Source: Azolla caroliniana (lineage: Eukaryota; Plantae; Polypodiophyta). Taken from it: a stretch of DNA of 64,000 nt. The notes beneath the pieces were generated by a model. That model was not told the DNA's origin. It did no database searches and saw only the letters and a program-made list of their open reading frames with translations. Where the stretch lies: positions 13,206,001 through 13,270,000 of the forward strand of contig JBHGNT010000006.1 of NCBI GenBank assembly GCA_043228905.1, read 5' to 3'. Shown here piece by piece: positions 1-11,484 of this stretch (the first letter of the stretch is position 1; every line of letters starts with the position of its first letter). A program made the position numbers and the translations under genes.

Positions 1-935
1 TCGGGACTGGCAGATCAGACACTGTGGCCGGTAAGGACATTCGAGGGCCAAATGGCCCGATCCCGAGCAAACTGTGCATTGGAGGGCTTGGTGGAAAGTG
101 AACTCATAGAGAAAGCCGTGCTTTGCTGAGTCCAATCGAGGGCGAGGACGTGTGCTATGACTTGCTCGATCATTTGGTTGGCAAAATTAGTAAGTGCGAG
201 AGTCGTCCGTAGAGGCTCCCATAAGCTGGACAGGAATGCGTCCAGAATGTGCTGTGCAGAGACATTGTCGGCCACTTGTCTGTAGAGATCCCGGAACCGG
301 ATCGTGAATTGTGCGACTGTCTTGTGCGGTTCTTGTCGCATGGAAAAGAACTGTCAGAGCAATTCTCGTTTGGGCACCTCGCTTTGGAATAGTTCTAGGA
401 ACTACGTGCAAACGTCGTGGAAGGTGACAAACTCCCCTGCGTCGAGGTGAGAATACCAGCGCGCAGTTGGTCCATCGAGGGATAACGTAAACTCGGAAAT
501 TTTTGAGGCCTCGATTTCGGCAGGCGAGAGTCGCTGTGTTGAGTGGTTGGCCTGCTAGGTGGACACGAAGGCATGGATGTGCGACTCCACGTCGGGGTTG
601 TCGATGTATCGTGGGTAAGGATACGGCATGGTATCGAATTCAGGATCTTCCGGTAAAACCGGAAACGGGTTAGGGTTAGGGTGGGTGACCTCTGGAGGGC
701 TTGGTGGAGAGGTTGGTGTGGAATCAACTCGTGACCGAGTAGCAGGTGGCGAGGATTGCAACCGGTGAGCCTCCGATATTTCTTGGAAAGACTGGTTCAT
801 GACCGCTGAGTCGGAAGTTCCTTCGACTGGCTTAGGGCGTCGGCCAGATGGCCGAGACCGCTTGGTGCGATTGGGCGCCGTAATGGCGGCTGAAGGTTGT
901 CTTCAACGTAGTTCGCTGTGATCTCACAGTTGTAA
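1..935 (-). pseudogene. gag: Decayed Ty3/gypsy gag (retrotransposon gag domain); element continues left of the window
   Basis: Fragments YPYPRYIDNPDVESHIHAFVST (555-800) and MRQEPHKTVAQFTIRFRDLYRQ (15-341) lie downstream of a PBS and LTR; broken by stops and frameshifts. Confidence 0.65.
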
Positions 936-947
936 CCGGGCATGCCA
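936..947 (-). other. Primer-binding site TGGCATGCCCGG (tRNA-Arg-like; assignment tentative)
   Basis: Starts with TGG, 3 nt inside an LTR-type ...ACACA end at 951-955. Confidence 0.55.
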
Positions 948-950
948 AAT

Positions 951-1445
951 TGTGTTAACCGTTCTGCTGGAAACACCTTCGATATGCCTACAAGCTATCG
1001 GTATCAAGGGAAGTGTAACATGAAGACTTGTGCACAGAGGCGTCGTTAGGGGGAAGAAAATGGAGAGGATACCTGGAATAGAGCCCGGGGGTCGTATACG
1101 TAGTTGAGACCTTAGAAATGACGGCACACAGATGAAAACAACAAGAGCTAATATATATGTATTACTGCAAACAATTATCGATGATTACAAAAACACGACC
1201 CATAGTCGGTGACCTTACAAAGCTCTTATAACTATGAAACGACCTCGCCTAGGCTCTAGATATCTCTCCCTTGCCGAGGTATGTAGACCTCGGTTTATAT
1301 ACTTTTTCTTCATACAAAGCCGAGTGGTCGGCTGACTGTGAGGCTCGAAACTCGGCGTTTTCCTAACTCTACCTTCCTTACCTACTCGCCTTACCTACCG
1401 ACGTATTACATTTAACTAATTTATATTTTTGGCCTATGGACAACA
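951..1445 (-). repeat. Probable 5' LTR of the gypsy element at the left edge
   Basis: TG at 951, CAACA at 1441-1445, TATATAAA on the minus strand near 1295-1302, adjacent PBS; outer end not confirmed because the partner LTR is outside the window. Confidence 0.5.
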
Positions 1446-2591
1446 AGTGCCCAACTTATGCTGAGATCTGAGTGGAATACCAAGACATATTAGGACCCTC
1501 TCCCACTCTCTCCAAACTATTAGATACCCTGGATGTAAAGAGACTAGGTAGGTATATCTTAGAGCTAAAACAACATAGGGAGAATAAATTACAAGTGTTA
1601 AACATACCCTTTTACTATTCATCAACTTGTAACTAGTGTAATTTTTTAGGAACAAGGGGAGACGATGAATGTGGATACACTTACGCCGCTCGGCCTCTCT
1701 CTTGAGGAAGCCGAAATGCAAAGAACAACCAAATGCCCTCGGATGTTGGTCTTCAAAACAAGTCGGCACAAAGTAGAGAAGATTAAGAAGATAAGGGAAC
1801 GTAAGCTATGAATAAGGTCACCATTAGTAATAGGTATGCACTTCCCCCAATCTCGAGTCTTTTAGAAAGAATTAATGGCGCAAAGTTTTTTACCAAAATC
1901 GACTTACGAGGAGCATATAACCTCGTACAGATTCAACCGTGAGACAAATGGAAGACAACTTTCCACACCCAATATGGGCACTTCGAGTATACGGTTATGC
2001 CATTCGGCCTCACCAATGCGCCAACAGTTTTCCAACACATGGCAAATGATATATTCTGAGATCTTTTGGACATCTGTTTGATCATCTACTTGGAGGATCT
2101 GCTAGTTTATTCAAAGACACAAGAGGAGCATGATTCTCATGTACTATTAGTACTAAGGTGACTACGAGAACATGGTTTTTATGCAAAGTTGGAAAAGTGT
2201 AGTTTTGACTGTGACTAGGTGGAATTTCTAAGCAATGTCATCTCATCGGAATGCATCTCCATGGATCCAGCTAAAGTCCAAACAGTGTTGGAGTGGCAGA
2301 CTCCACGTTCATTGCGAGATGTGCAATGCTTTTTAGGATTCACAAACTTCTATCGCAACTTTATACAAGACTACTCAAAGCTTGTTTTGCCGCTCACACA
2401 ACTTACAAAGAAGGGGCAATCGTTTGTTTGGACTAAGGAAGCAAACACAACTTTTGAAGGTCTCAAGAAAGCATTTACATCGGCTCCTATTTTAGCTCAT
2501 GTCTCAAGAAACCATTTATCATTGAAGTAGACGCGTCTGATTTCCCCCTCGGTAGCATTTTGTCACAACAAGGTAATGACGAGAAGCTACA

Positions 2592-3082
2592 TGTTAATGG
2601 GTGGGTGGGGTGGGGGGGGGGGGTGAAGCCTAGAATGGCTCCACCTTCCCTCCCAAGGGGGTTACGATAGAGAGAGAGAGAGAGGGAGAGAGAGAGAGAG
2701 AGAGAGGGAGAGAGGGAGAGGGAGAGAGGGAGAGAGGGAGAGAGAGAGAGGGAGAGAGGGAGAGGGAGAGAGGGAGAGAGGGAGAGAGAGAGAGGGAGAG
2801 AGAGAGAGAGAGAGAGGAGAGTGAAGATAAGAAATGACACAAAATGGGAGGGAAAAATCTCTATTGGATTACATGCCCCATGAGGGGTTTATATAGTACA
2901 TAATGTAATGGCTAATAATATGGCCGTTACAAAAAGAAGACCATTACATTCTTCTCACATGCACATAATTGTGCATGTGCTCACACATACTCATCCTCAC
3001 ACACTATATATATTACACATATACATCAACCACATTATCGTGTTCTACCCTTACACTGCCCCGTATACTCCTACGGGTAACA
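2592..3082 (-). mobile_element. Solo LTR (491 bp) inserted in T1 RNase H
   Basis: TGTTA...TAACA termini; TSD CTACA/TTACA (1 mismatch); removing it restores EKLHPLAFHSRKF; TATA followed by a long (CT)n on the minus strand. Confidence 0.85.
2666..2820. repeat. (GA)n/GGGAGA microsatellite inside the solo LTR
   Basis: Directly visible purine repeat. Confidence 0.95.
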
Positions 3083-3504
3083 TTACATCCCTTGGCTTTC
3101 CACTCACGCAAATTTGACGCTGCCGAAATCAACTACAAGATACATGAGAAGGAGCTCTTAGCAATAGTGGACTCTTTTGCACAATGGAGGCATTTTTTAG
3201 AAGGATCTCCTCATCAAGTCACTATAGTTAGTGATCACAAGAATCTTGCCTACTTCCAGAATGGTCGTGTATTAAATACATGACAAGCTCGGTGGGCCCA
3301 ATTCCTCACTCATTTTGATTTCAAGATTACATATAGTCTAGAAAAGCAAAAGGGGAAGGCAGATGCATTATCACGATGCTCGTATCTAGCTCCTCGTCAT
3401 GGTGATCCGGCCTTCAACAATCAAAAGCAAGTAATCTTGGGTCCGGCACGACTTCAAGCAACGTGGGTCTTTGACACTCCATTGGATTCCCGCATTATCG
3501 ATAC

Positions 3505-3901
3505 TGTTGAGAGACAAGCTCAACATCGGCCAGATCGGTTGAAGAAGCCAAGGACCGGATCGGTTGGGACCGATCGGTTAGGCCGGTGCGTAAACCGGGA
3601 GGCCGTTAGGAAAGATATTCCATGAGGAATATATTTGGGAGTTAGTGTAGGAGCTCTCAATGAGCATTGAAGTACTGTCAGTACTTCTGTTAGTCCTTCT
3701 AGGACTTGTATAAAAGTGTTCATTGAACACACATATGTATAGAGTGGTGAATAGAGTGTTGAATATAGTTCTCGTGTTTTTCTCTCTCTCACTCTCTCTG
3801 TCTCTCCCGCGTATACTGCGTAAGCTCAAGCTCTCCATTAAACCTGAGCGTTCTTCCTTCTGTTCAGTCGTCATACTTGCTTCCGCACGCTACTTTCTAC
3901 A
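3505..3901 (+). mobile_element. Solo LTR of copia family K (K2 type)
   Basis: TGTTGAGAGACAAGCTC...TACTTTCTACA matches the LTRs at 49582 and 54554; perfect TSD GATAC (3500-3504 / 3902-3906). Confidence 0.95.
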
Positions 3902-5400
3902 GATACCATACGTGAAGATTTGAAGACGGATGTTTTCGTTCAAGCTATTCTAGATCAAATTGATCCTTCTCAGGCATGGTGTTCATGATCACAACAACCA
4001 AGTATAGATTATCAGCAATTCAAATGTCATAATGGATTACTCTTCTTTAAGAAACTTTTGTATGTTCCCAATGGTTCGTGTCGGCTTCAAATAGTACAAA
4101 ATTGTCATGACACATACATAGCTGGACATTTTGGTAGGACTAAAACGTTGGATTTAGTACAACGATCATTTTGTTGGCCTCATATGAGAAGATTTGTCGA
4201 GGACTATGTTCGTAAATGTGATACATGTTGTAGAGCGAAGATGCAACATCATCCATATGGTTTGTTGGAGCCATTAACGATCCCAAGCAAACCATGACAA
4301 TCTATTTCTCTCGATTTTATCACAAATCTTCTGGACTCGAGGGGCTTCAATGCAATCTTAACAGTGGTAGATCGATATACTAAGATGGCACATTTCATGC
4401 CCTATACTAAAGAAATCACTAGTGAAGAAACCGTTGGAATTGTTATGCGTGAAGAATTTCGGCATCATGGTCTTCCCGACAGTATCATCAGTGATCGTGG
4501 ACTGCAATTCGTCTCTAAATTTTGGAAGCATCTCTTTAAAATGCTCAAGGTCACCTACAATCTCTCCTCCGACTATCATCCCCAAATAGATGGACAAGCA
4601 GAACGTACCAATCAAATGTTGGAACAGTATCTGTGGTGTTTCCTAAGCTATTAACAAGATGATTGGGCATATATTCTACACTTTGCTGAATTTGCTTATA
4701 ATAATTCTATCAATTCCTCTACTAGGGTTACACCATTCTACGCTTATATCGGCTATCATCCTCACTGGTGTGTAATAGAAACTCCTGAGCTACCTACAAA
4801 TCCTAATGTAGAGGATCATTTGGAGCGGTTACAACAAATTCAGGCATAAATATCTACCCACCTACATTGCACCCAGCAAACATAGAAGGACTATGTGGAT
4901 CATCATCGGCTTCCATCCTCTTTTAATATTGGAGATCAAGTATGGCTATTACGATGACACATCAAGACTACTCGACCATGTGACAAACTGGATTATCGAC
5001 GGTTAGGTCCTTTCCGTATTATCGGAAAAATTAATGATGTTACTTTTCGTCTTGATCTACCTCGACATTTATGGATACATATGGTATTTCATAGTTCTCT
5101 CCTAGAACCCTATCAGGACATCACTATCCCAGATCGTATTACACCGCCTCCACCCCCGATCAAACTTGAAGATGGACCTCAGTACGAGGTTGCTGCCATC
5201 CTCGACTCCAAGATTGTTCGCAACAAGCTCTATTATTTGGTCGATTGGCTAGGATAGTCCAAGCGAGCATACTTGGGAACTAGTGATGAATTTGGCAAAT
5301 GCTCAAGCTCTTCTGGAAGACTTCCATCGTCAATATTCGGACAAACCAGGTCCTCAATCAAAGACGACTCGTAACACTCGTCGTTTAAAGGGGGGGATAG

Positions 5401-5820
5401 TGTCATGATATGACATGGTATGGCTCCAAAAGGATTCAAACCCTTGACGTTCTGTGACATGGGTTGAACCCTTACCATCAAACCATGCATTGTAATACAA
5501 AATATATAATTTTCATTTATTATTTCACCATAGAAAATTTATGTATATTCCAGATTACTCTAGAACATTCTAGAAACTTCAAGAGTACTCTTGAGAGTAC
5601 TACGAATAGAAGCACATGGAATTTTTCAGAACCAATTTGGTTCAACACCAGTCTTAAACCTCCTAGTTGTTCTTATATCTTTATTCATATAATATAGTAT
5701 ACTTCTTGTTGACATATTCTCTCTCTCTCTCTCTCTCTTCCTTCCCCTCTCATGATTCTCACACACTCTTTCCCTTCTTAGTACTAATCCTCATTCTCCT
5801 CCTCTATCTTTAGTACTAAT
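5401..5820 (+). repeat. 3' LTR of T1, missing its last few bases
   Basis: TGTCATGATATG directly after the PPT; homologous to LTR 59787-60257 but lacks the terminal TCTTGACA. Confidence 0.85.
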
Positions 5821-8285
5821 AGAAACGGCAAAAGACGCAACCGCGATGGAGGAAGAGATGCAAGCACTCAATGCCAACGACACGTGGGACCTGGTTGACC
5901 CACCTCGACATTGCAAACCAATCAGGTGCAAGTGGGTTTACAAGGTAAAGTACAATGCTAACGGTTTGCTCAACCGGTACAAGGCCCGGGTAATGGACAA
6001 AGGGTATGCGCAGACCCACAGAATCAACTACAACGAGACCTTCGCTCCGGTAGCGAAGATGATGACGGTCCGTGTGGTGTTGGCAGTTGCTGCAGCACGG
6101 GTGTGGCATCTTCACCAAATGGACATGAAGAATGCGTTTCTTCAAGGCGATCTTGAAGAACAAGTCTACATGATCCAACCCCCCGGTTTTTAGTTAGAGA
6201 TGAACAAGTCAATAGTCTGCCAACTCAAGAAGTCGCTTTACGGCGTGAAGCAAGCCCCCCGAGCTTGGAATTCAAAGATCACGCACCGGTTGTGTAAGAT
6301 GGGGTTTGTGGCCTCGAATTCAGACTCTTCGCTATTCATCCGGAAAGGTCTGGTATGTATCTGGCTATAGGTGGATGATCTAATCATCACTAGACCTAGC
6401 CTCGCTGAAATCGGCCGAGTGAAGTCCCAATTGTCGGATGCATTCGAAATGAAGGACCTGGGGGACCTTCATTACTTCCTCGAGATCGAAGTGGTCCACA
6501 CCCCCGACGACATATTGCTCTCACAACGACACTATGTGTTCAATATGTTGTTCAAGTTCGGCATCACCGATTTCCGACTAGTCTCCACACCCCTGGACTG
6601 GAACCTGAAGCTTCGTCTTGACTCCGGACCGACCTGCAATGAGACACGATTCTAACAGATTGTAGGAAGCCTAATATATCTTACTATCACCTGACCCGAG
6701 ATCAATTATCCGGTCGGGGTGATAAGTTAGTGTAGTGTAGAAGTTGATTGTGGAGCACCTTCAGTGCGCGCACCGAATATTGAGGTATGTTAGTGGCACT
6801 AAGGACTAGGGATTGTTATATCGACACAGTATAACCGAAAAGCTAGTTGGATATACAGATGCGGACTGGGATGGTGATGTGTTGGATCGTCAGTCCACTT
6901 CCAGTTACATGTTCTCTCTCTTTATTGAGCACTGAGGCTGAGTATCGAGAGGCGCTACCATTACTACCTGTGAAGTCATCTGGCTTTGGTAGTTGCAGTT
7001 GGCCAAGAACCCGATCAACTGTGACAACATGAGTAGCATGGAGCTGGCCAAGAACCCCGTGTTGCATGCTCGGACAAAGCACATAGAAGTGCATTATCAT
7101 TTTGTGCGTGAGTGGGTCTTGAGCAGTGAAATCGAATTCCGGTATGTCCGGAGAGAATGACAGGTTGCTGACATCTTCATCAAGGCACTTGGAACCGACA
7201 AGTTGCAACATTTTTCGGAGATGCTTGGTCTTCAGCATCTCGACATGCCGTGCTTGAGGGGGAGAGAGGAGAAAACCGGAACGGGCATCCGACAAGCAAC
7301 CAGAGAGGACGAAACAACTTAAGCAGGGGAGACAAGAAGAAAATGGAAGCTGAGTCGGCTGAAGAAGTCGGTACATCCGATAAAGTCGGAACAAGCAGCA
7401 ACGATGACAGAGCCAAGAAGGACAAAGATGGCCAGAGAAAGAAGGCCAAGACTCGGACGTGCTCTGATGTGGCAAAGGGCCTAAACATTGAAGACGAATT
7501 GGAGACAGCCGATTCGGAAGAGGAGTTTGACTCGGAGGAGCCGAATCAATAGAAGGCCAAACAGAGGAGGAGGCAGCTGAAGTCAACACTGACATAGAGG
7601 AACCGACGGGTCGAGAAGTGCCAAAGTCGCAACAACAAAGGAGCTGAGATGGGCATGTTGAGCAAACAAGCCGACCGAGAAGGTCGAGAGGTGTGGAGCC
7701 AGACGAGTTGTGGAAAAGCGGAACTGGATGGGTCGAGGAGCGCGAGCAAGGCGGGAAGACGCTAGGAGGAGCCAGAGGGAAGGACCGACACGATCCGACC
7801 TCAAGTTGAGCTTGAGGGGGAGTGTTGAGCGAACAAGGTCAATCGGATCCAGATCGGCTAAATAAGCCAGAGCCAGATCGGTATCCGGAACGGAGAATTG
7901 GATAGGTATCCGGATCGGTATCTAGAACCAAGAGTCGGATCGGAGAGACAAATCAGATTGTAACCGGTAGGCCGTTAGAGGTCTACGATCCTAGCCTAGT
8001 ATGTGGGCATATTTCTAGGAGTCACTGTCAGTTGCTTGTATGAGCATTGAAGTACATGGTAGTACTTCTATTAGTCCTTTTAAGGACTTGTACAAAAGTG
8101 CTCACTAAGCACATTGTATGTATAGAGTGTTATTATTTTGAATTTAGCTTATAAAATTTCTCTCTCTCTCTCTATCTCTCCCACTCTCTATCTTTGTGAT
8201 TCAAGCTTCCATTAAACCTGTGTGTATTTTCTGTTGCTATCCGGCTAAACCGGTTTGTCAAAGCTTCCGCATATTAACTTTGATA
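5821..8285 (+). mobile_element. K0: 3' half of a decayed Ty1/copia (family K) with RT-RH, tail and 3' LTR (7823-8285)
   Basis: [39 protein letters not shown]; PPT CTTGAGGGGGAG 7811-7822; LTR homologous to the K1 LTRs, ending TGATA (decayed TGACA). Confidence 0.88.
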
Positions 8286-10940
8286 GGTAGTATTGGCTCT
8301 TGACACTCTGGGAACATACCCCCTACTTTTGGGGTGACCATGGTTGCGCTCAGTGAACATTAAGCAGAATTGGCAATACAACAACATTAGCTTTCGCCGA
8401 AGCCAAGAAAAAATTCAGGTGCCGACTCAGGAAAGTGCACTACCAACAAAAGCAATGACTCCGCTATACACGGAGGAAATCAACATGTTAGAGGGACTAG
8501 ATGATGAGGAATTGGATAATTATTTGGAAGAAAACCCTCAAATCGTCCCCTTGTTTGAAGTCGACATCATCAAAACAGTCGACGTACACCACTCCTACAA
8601 CAACAGGAGAAGACGAATGCGAGCCAGACACCGAAGCATTCATGGAGCTCCGCAAGGCGCATGATGCATTCAAATGGGAAATGGACATTTCCTGACGAGT
8701 CACGGCATCAACGTTGGAAGAAATCAATGTCGAAACTACCGAGGAGCTGCAACCACTCTCCATCGCAAAGAATGCGAGCCAGACACCAAAGCATTCATGG
8801 AGCTCCGCAAGGCGCATGATGCATTCAAATGGGAAATGGAGATTTCCTGACGAGTCACAACATCAACGTTGGAAGAAATCAATGTCGAAACTACCGAGGA
8901 GCCGCAACCACTCTCCATCGCAAAGGATTTACCGCCTTCCGAAAAGACGGCTATGATTGAACTACTACGAGAGTACAAGGACGTGTTCACATGGTCACAC
9001 GAAGATATGAAAGGGCTGCATTCAAACTTCTACTAGCACCAAATAAACCTCTCGACGGACGTGAAGCCAATTCAACAACATCAATATTGAATGAACCCGA
9101 ACTACGTGGTTCACGTAAAAGAAGAAATAGACAAACTTTTAAAAATCGGATTCATTCGACCGGTCAAGAAGGCAACCTGGCTAAGTTCGATCATCGTGGT
9201 GCCGAAGAAGAACGAGAAAATCCACATATGCATAGGCTACAGGAAATTAAATGTCGTTATAGTAACCAACGCATATCCTTTACCGTTCACGGATGGGGTA
9301 CTGGACGCGGTAGCCGACCATTAAATATACAGTTTTTTAGACAGCTTCAGTGGTTACAATCAGATTCATATGCACCCGACCGACCAAGAGAAGACGATAT
9401 TCGTAACAGACTGGGGTGTATTTGTAGCAATTGTGATGATGTTCGAGCTCAAAACCGCGCCGACAACTTCAATGCATCATCACGGAGATTTTCGGTGAAC
9501 ATATACCTGCCTTTTTGCAGGTCTTCCTCGACAACTTCGGGGTTTATAGCGCGGGAAGAGAAAATATTCGGCATTTGCAGTTATGTTTGGAATGATGCCG
9601 ATCTGCAAGGCTTATCCTCAATCTGGTCAAGTGTGTGTTCGGCGTCACAAGCGGTGCACTCCTTGGCCATATACTAATGAGCGAAGGCATTGTGGTTGAC
9701 CCGGGAAAAATCAAGGCGATCATGGAAGCACCGGCCCGGAAAAATGCAAAGGCCTCGCTTCCTCGGACAGATCTGATGGTATAGTCGGATGTTGCGCTAG
9801 CTAGTCGACTTCGCTACACCTCTACACGCGGCAGTGCACCAGATCCCATTCCAATGGACGGAAACAGAGGACAAAGCATACATGGCTCTGAAGGTCATGC
9901 TAACACAATCAGCAGTCATCCAACCGCCGGATTGGACGTGCCCATTCAACGTGTTTGTTGACACGTCGGAGATCGCAATTGGCAGTACTCTAATGCAACT
10001 GACCGAGCCGAACTGGTAAAGGTTGGTCTATTATTCGAGCCGAAAACTTTCGACTGCTGAACGGAACTACTCCATGATGAACGGGAAGCCCAAGGTATGA
10101 TCTATAACATAAACAAATTTCGACATTACCTACTGGGCCGGAAGTTCGTGTTTCACGTAGACCATGCAACCCTCCTATACCTTTTATCCTAATAGTCGCT
10201 CACAAAGAAGCTGGCTAGATGGATGTTGTTACTGCAAGAGTTCGAATTCGAAATTCAGCATAGCCCACGAACTCAGCATGCAGTAGTCGACTACCTGGGC
10301 CGCATCAATATTGGAGAGGACACCGCGAGTTGTGATGACGATTTCCCGGATAGCGTAATGTTATGAATTTTGGTGTTAGAGGCCGAAGCGAACACGGTGT
10401 CGCCAGCAGACAAATGGCTCGAAGAGATGAGTCATTTCATGACCACATGATTACCTCTCCCGCGGATGCAGATAGACGAAAAGAAGTGTTTGGCCATCTG
10501 CAGCCGAATGTTTTTATTATTAGAGGGGACACTTTATCATGAAGGCAGTGGCAGAATTTGGCGCTGATGTGTTCGAAGTGACGAAAAGGCGTTGATATTG
10601 TGGGATAATCAGCGCACATTACATTGGTGACACGACGGCTCGGAAAGTCTGGTAGAGTGACCTCTGGTGGCCAACTACATAAAAGGACGTGGAGACATAT
10701 TATCGATAGTGTGATCTCTGCCAGTGAATGGGCCAACCAACGGATTCCAGAAGTGTTGCCCTTGGAACCATTCCAGAAGTGGTGCCTGGATTTCATCCGC
10801 CCTTTCACCCGAGTGGCAGCACGTATAGGGAATCGATATATTCTCGTGGCCACAGACTATTGTACGAAATGGGTGGAGGCCAAAGCACTTCATGACAATA
10901 CAGCAACCTCGACGGTGAAGTTCTTATACGAAAACATATG
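8286..10940 (+). pseudogene. pol: Element A pol remnant (PR end, RT, RH, IN N-terminal half)
   Basis: Motifs as listed for element A, with many frameshifts and stops. Confidence 0.85.
8615..8924. repeat. 155-bp tandem duplication in A pol
   Basis: GAATGCGAGCCAGACACC...CCATCGCAAA begins at 8615 and again at 8770. Confidence 0.9.
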
Positions 10941-11484
10941 TGTTGAGCGAACAAGCTCAACCGGATCCGGATCGGCTGAAGAAGCTTGAGCCGGATCGGT
11001 ATCTAGATGGTATCCGGAAACAATCGGCCGGATCGGGGAGACGGATCGGAGAGCCGGATTCGAGCGGGAACCAAAAGCCTAGTAGTAGCCTAGACTACTA
11101 GGTAATCATTTTCTCGTAGTTGGTGTCAATCGCATGTAGGAATATTGAAGTACTTGTCAATACTTTTGTCAATCCTTTATGGACGTGTATTAATAGTGTT
11201 GTTTAGCACGTTGTATGTACAAAGTTATAGAATATTTTCATTTTTTGAATCTACGCTTACGTTCTGCTCTTTCTGTCTCTCTTGTGTATACTCTGTGTGT
11301 GTTAAGCTTCACCATTAAACCTTCATCTTGTTCCCTGTTGCTATCCGGCTGAGCCAATTCTGTCTAACGCTTCTACACGTTAATATTGACATGGTATCAG
11401 AGCACGAGGGTTGAGAACCTTTGCGGCCGAACTTGCTTTCGTAGACGAACCCTAGAACCCGACAATAACAGACAAAGAGAAGAT

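Larger units (their letters stand above)
1821..5820 (+). mobile_element. T1: 5'-truncated, decayed Ty3/gypsy chromovirus (Tcn1-like) with RT-RH-IN-chromodomain and 3' LTR
   Basis: [70 protein letters not shown], chromodomain YEVAAILDSK..YYLVDWLG (about 5180-5350), PPT AAAGGGGGGGATAG ending 5400; many stops. Confidence 0.9.

Noticed and set aside
951-1445. Left-edge LTR as the missing LTR of element A
   Set aside because: Opposite orientation and no visible similarity to 59240-59771
2487-2842. Ser/Leu/Pro-rich ORFs
   Set aside because: They are translations of a (CT/GA)n microsatellite
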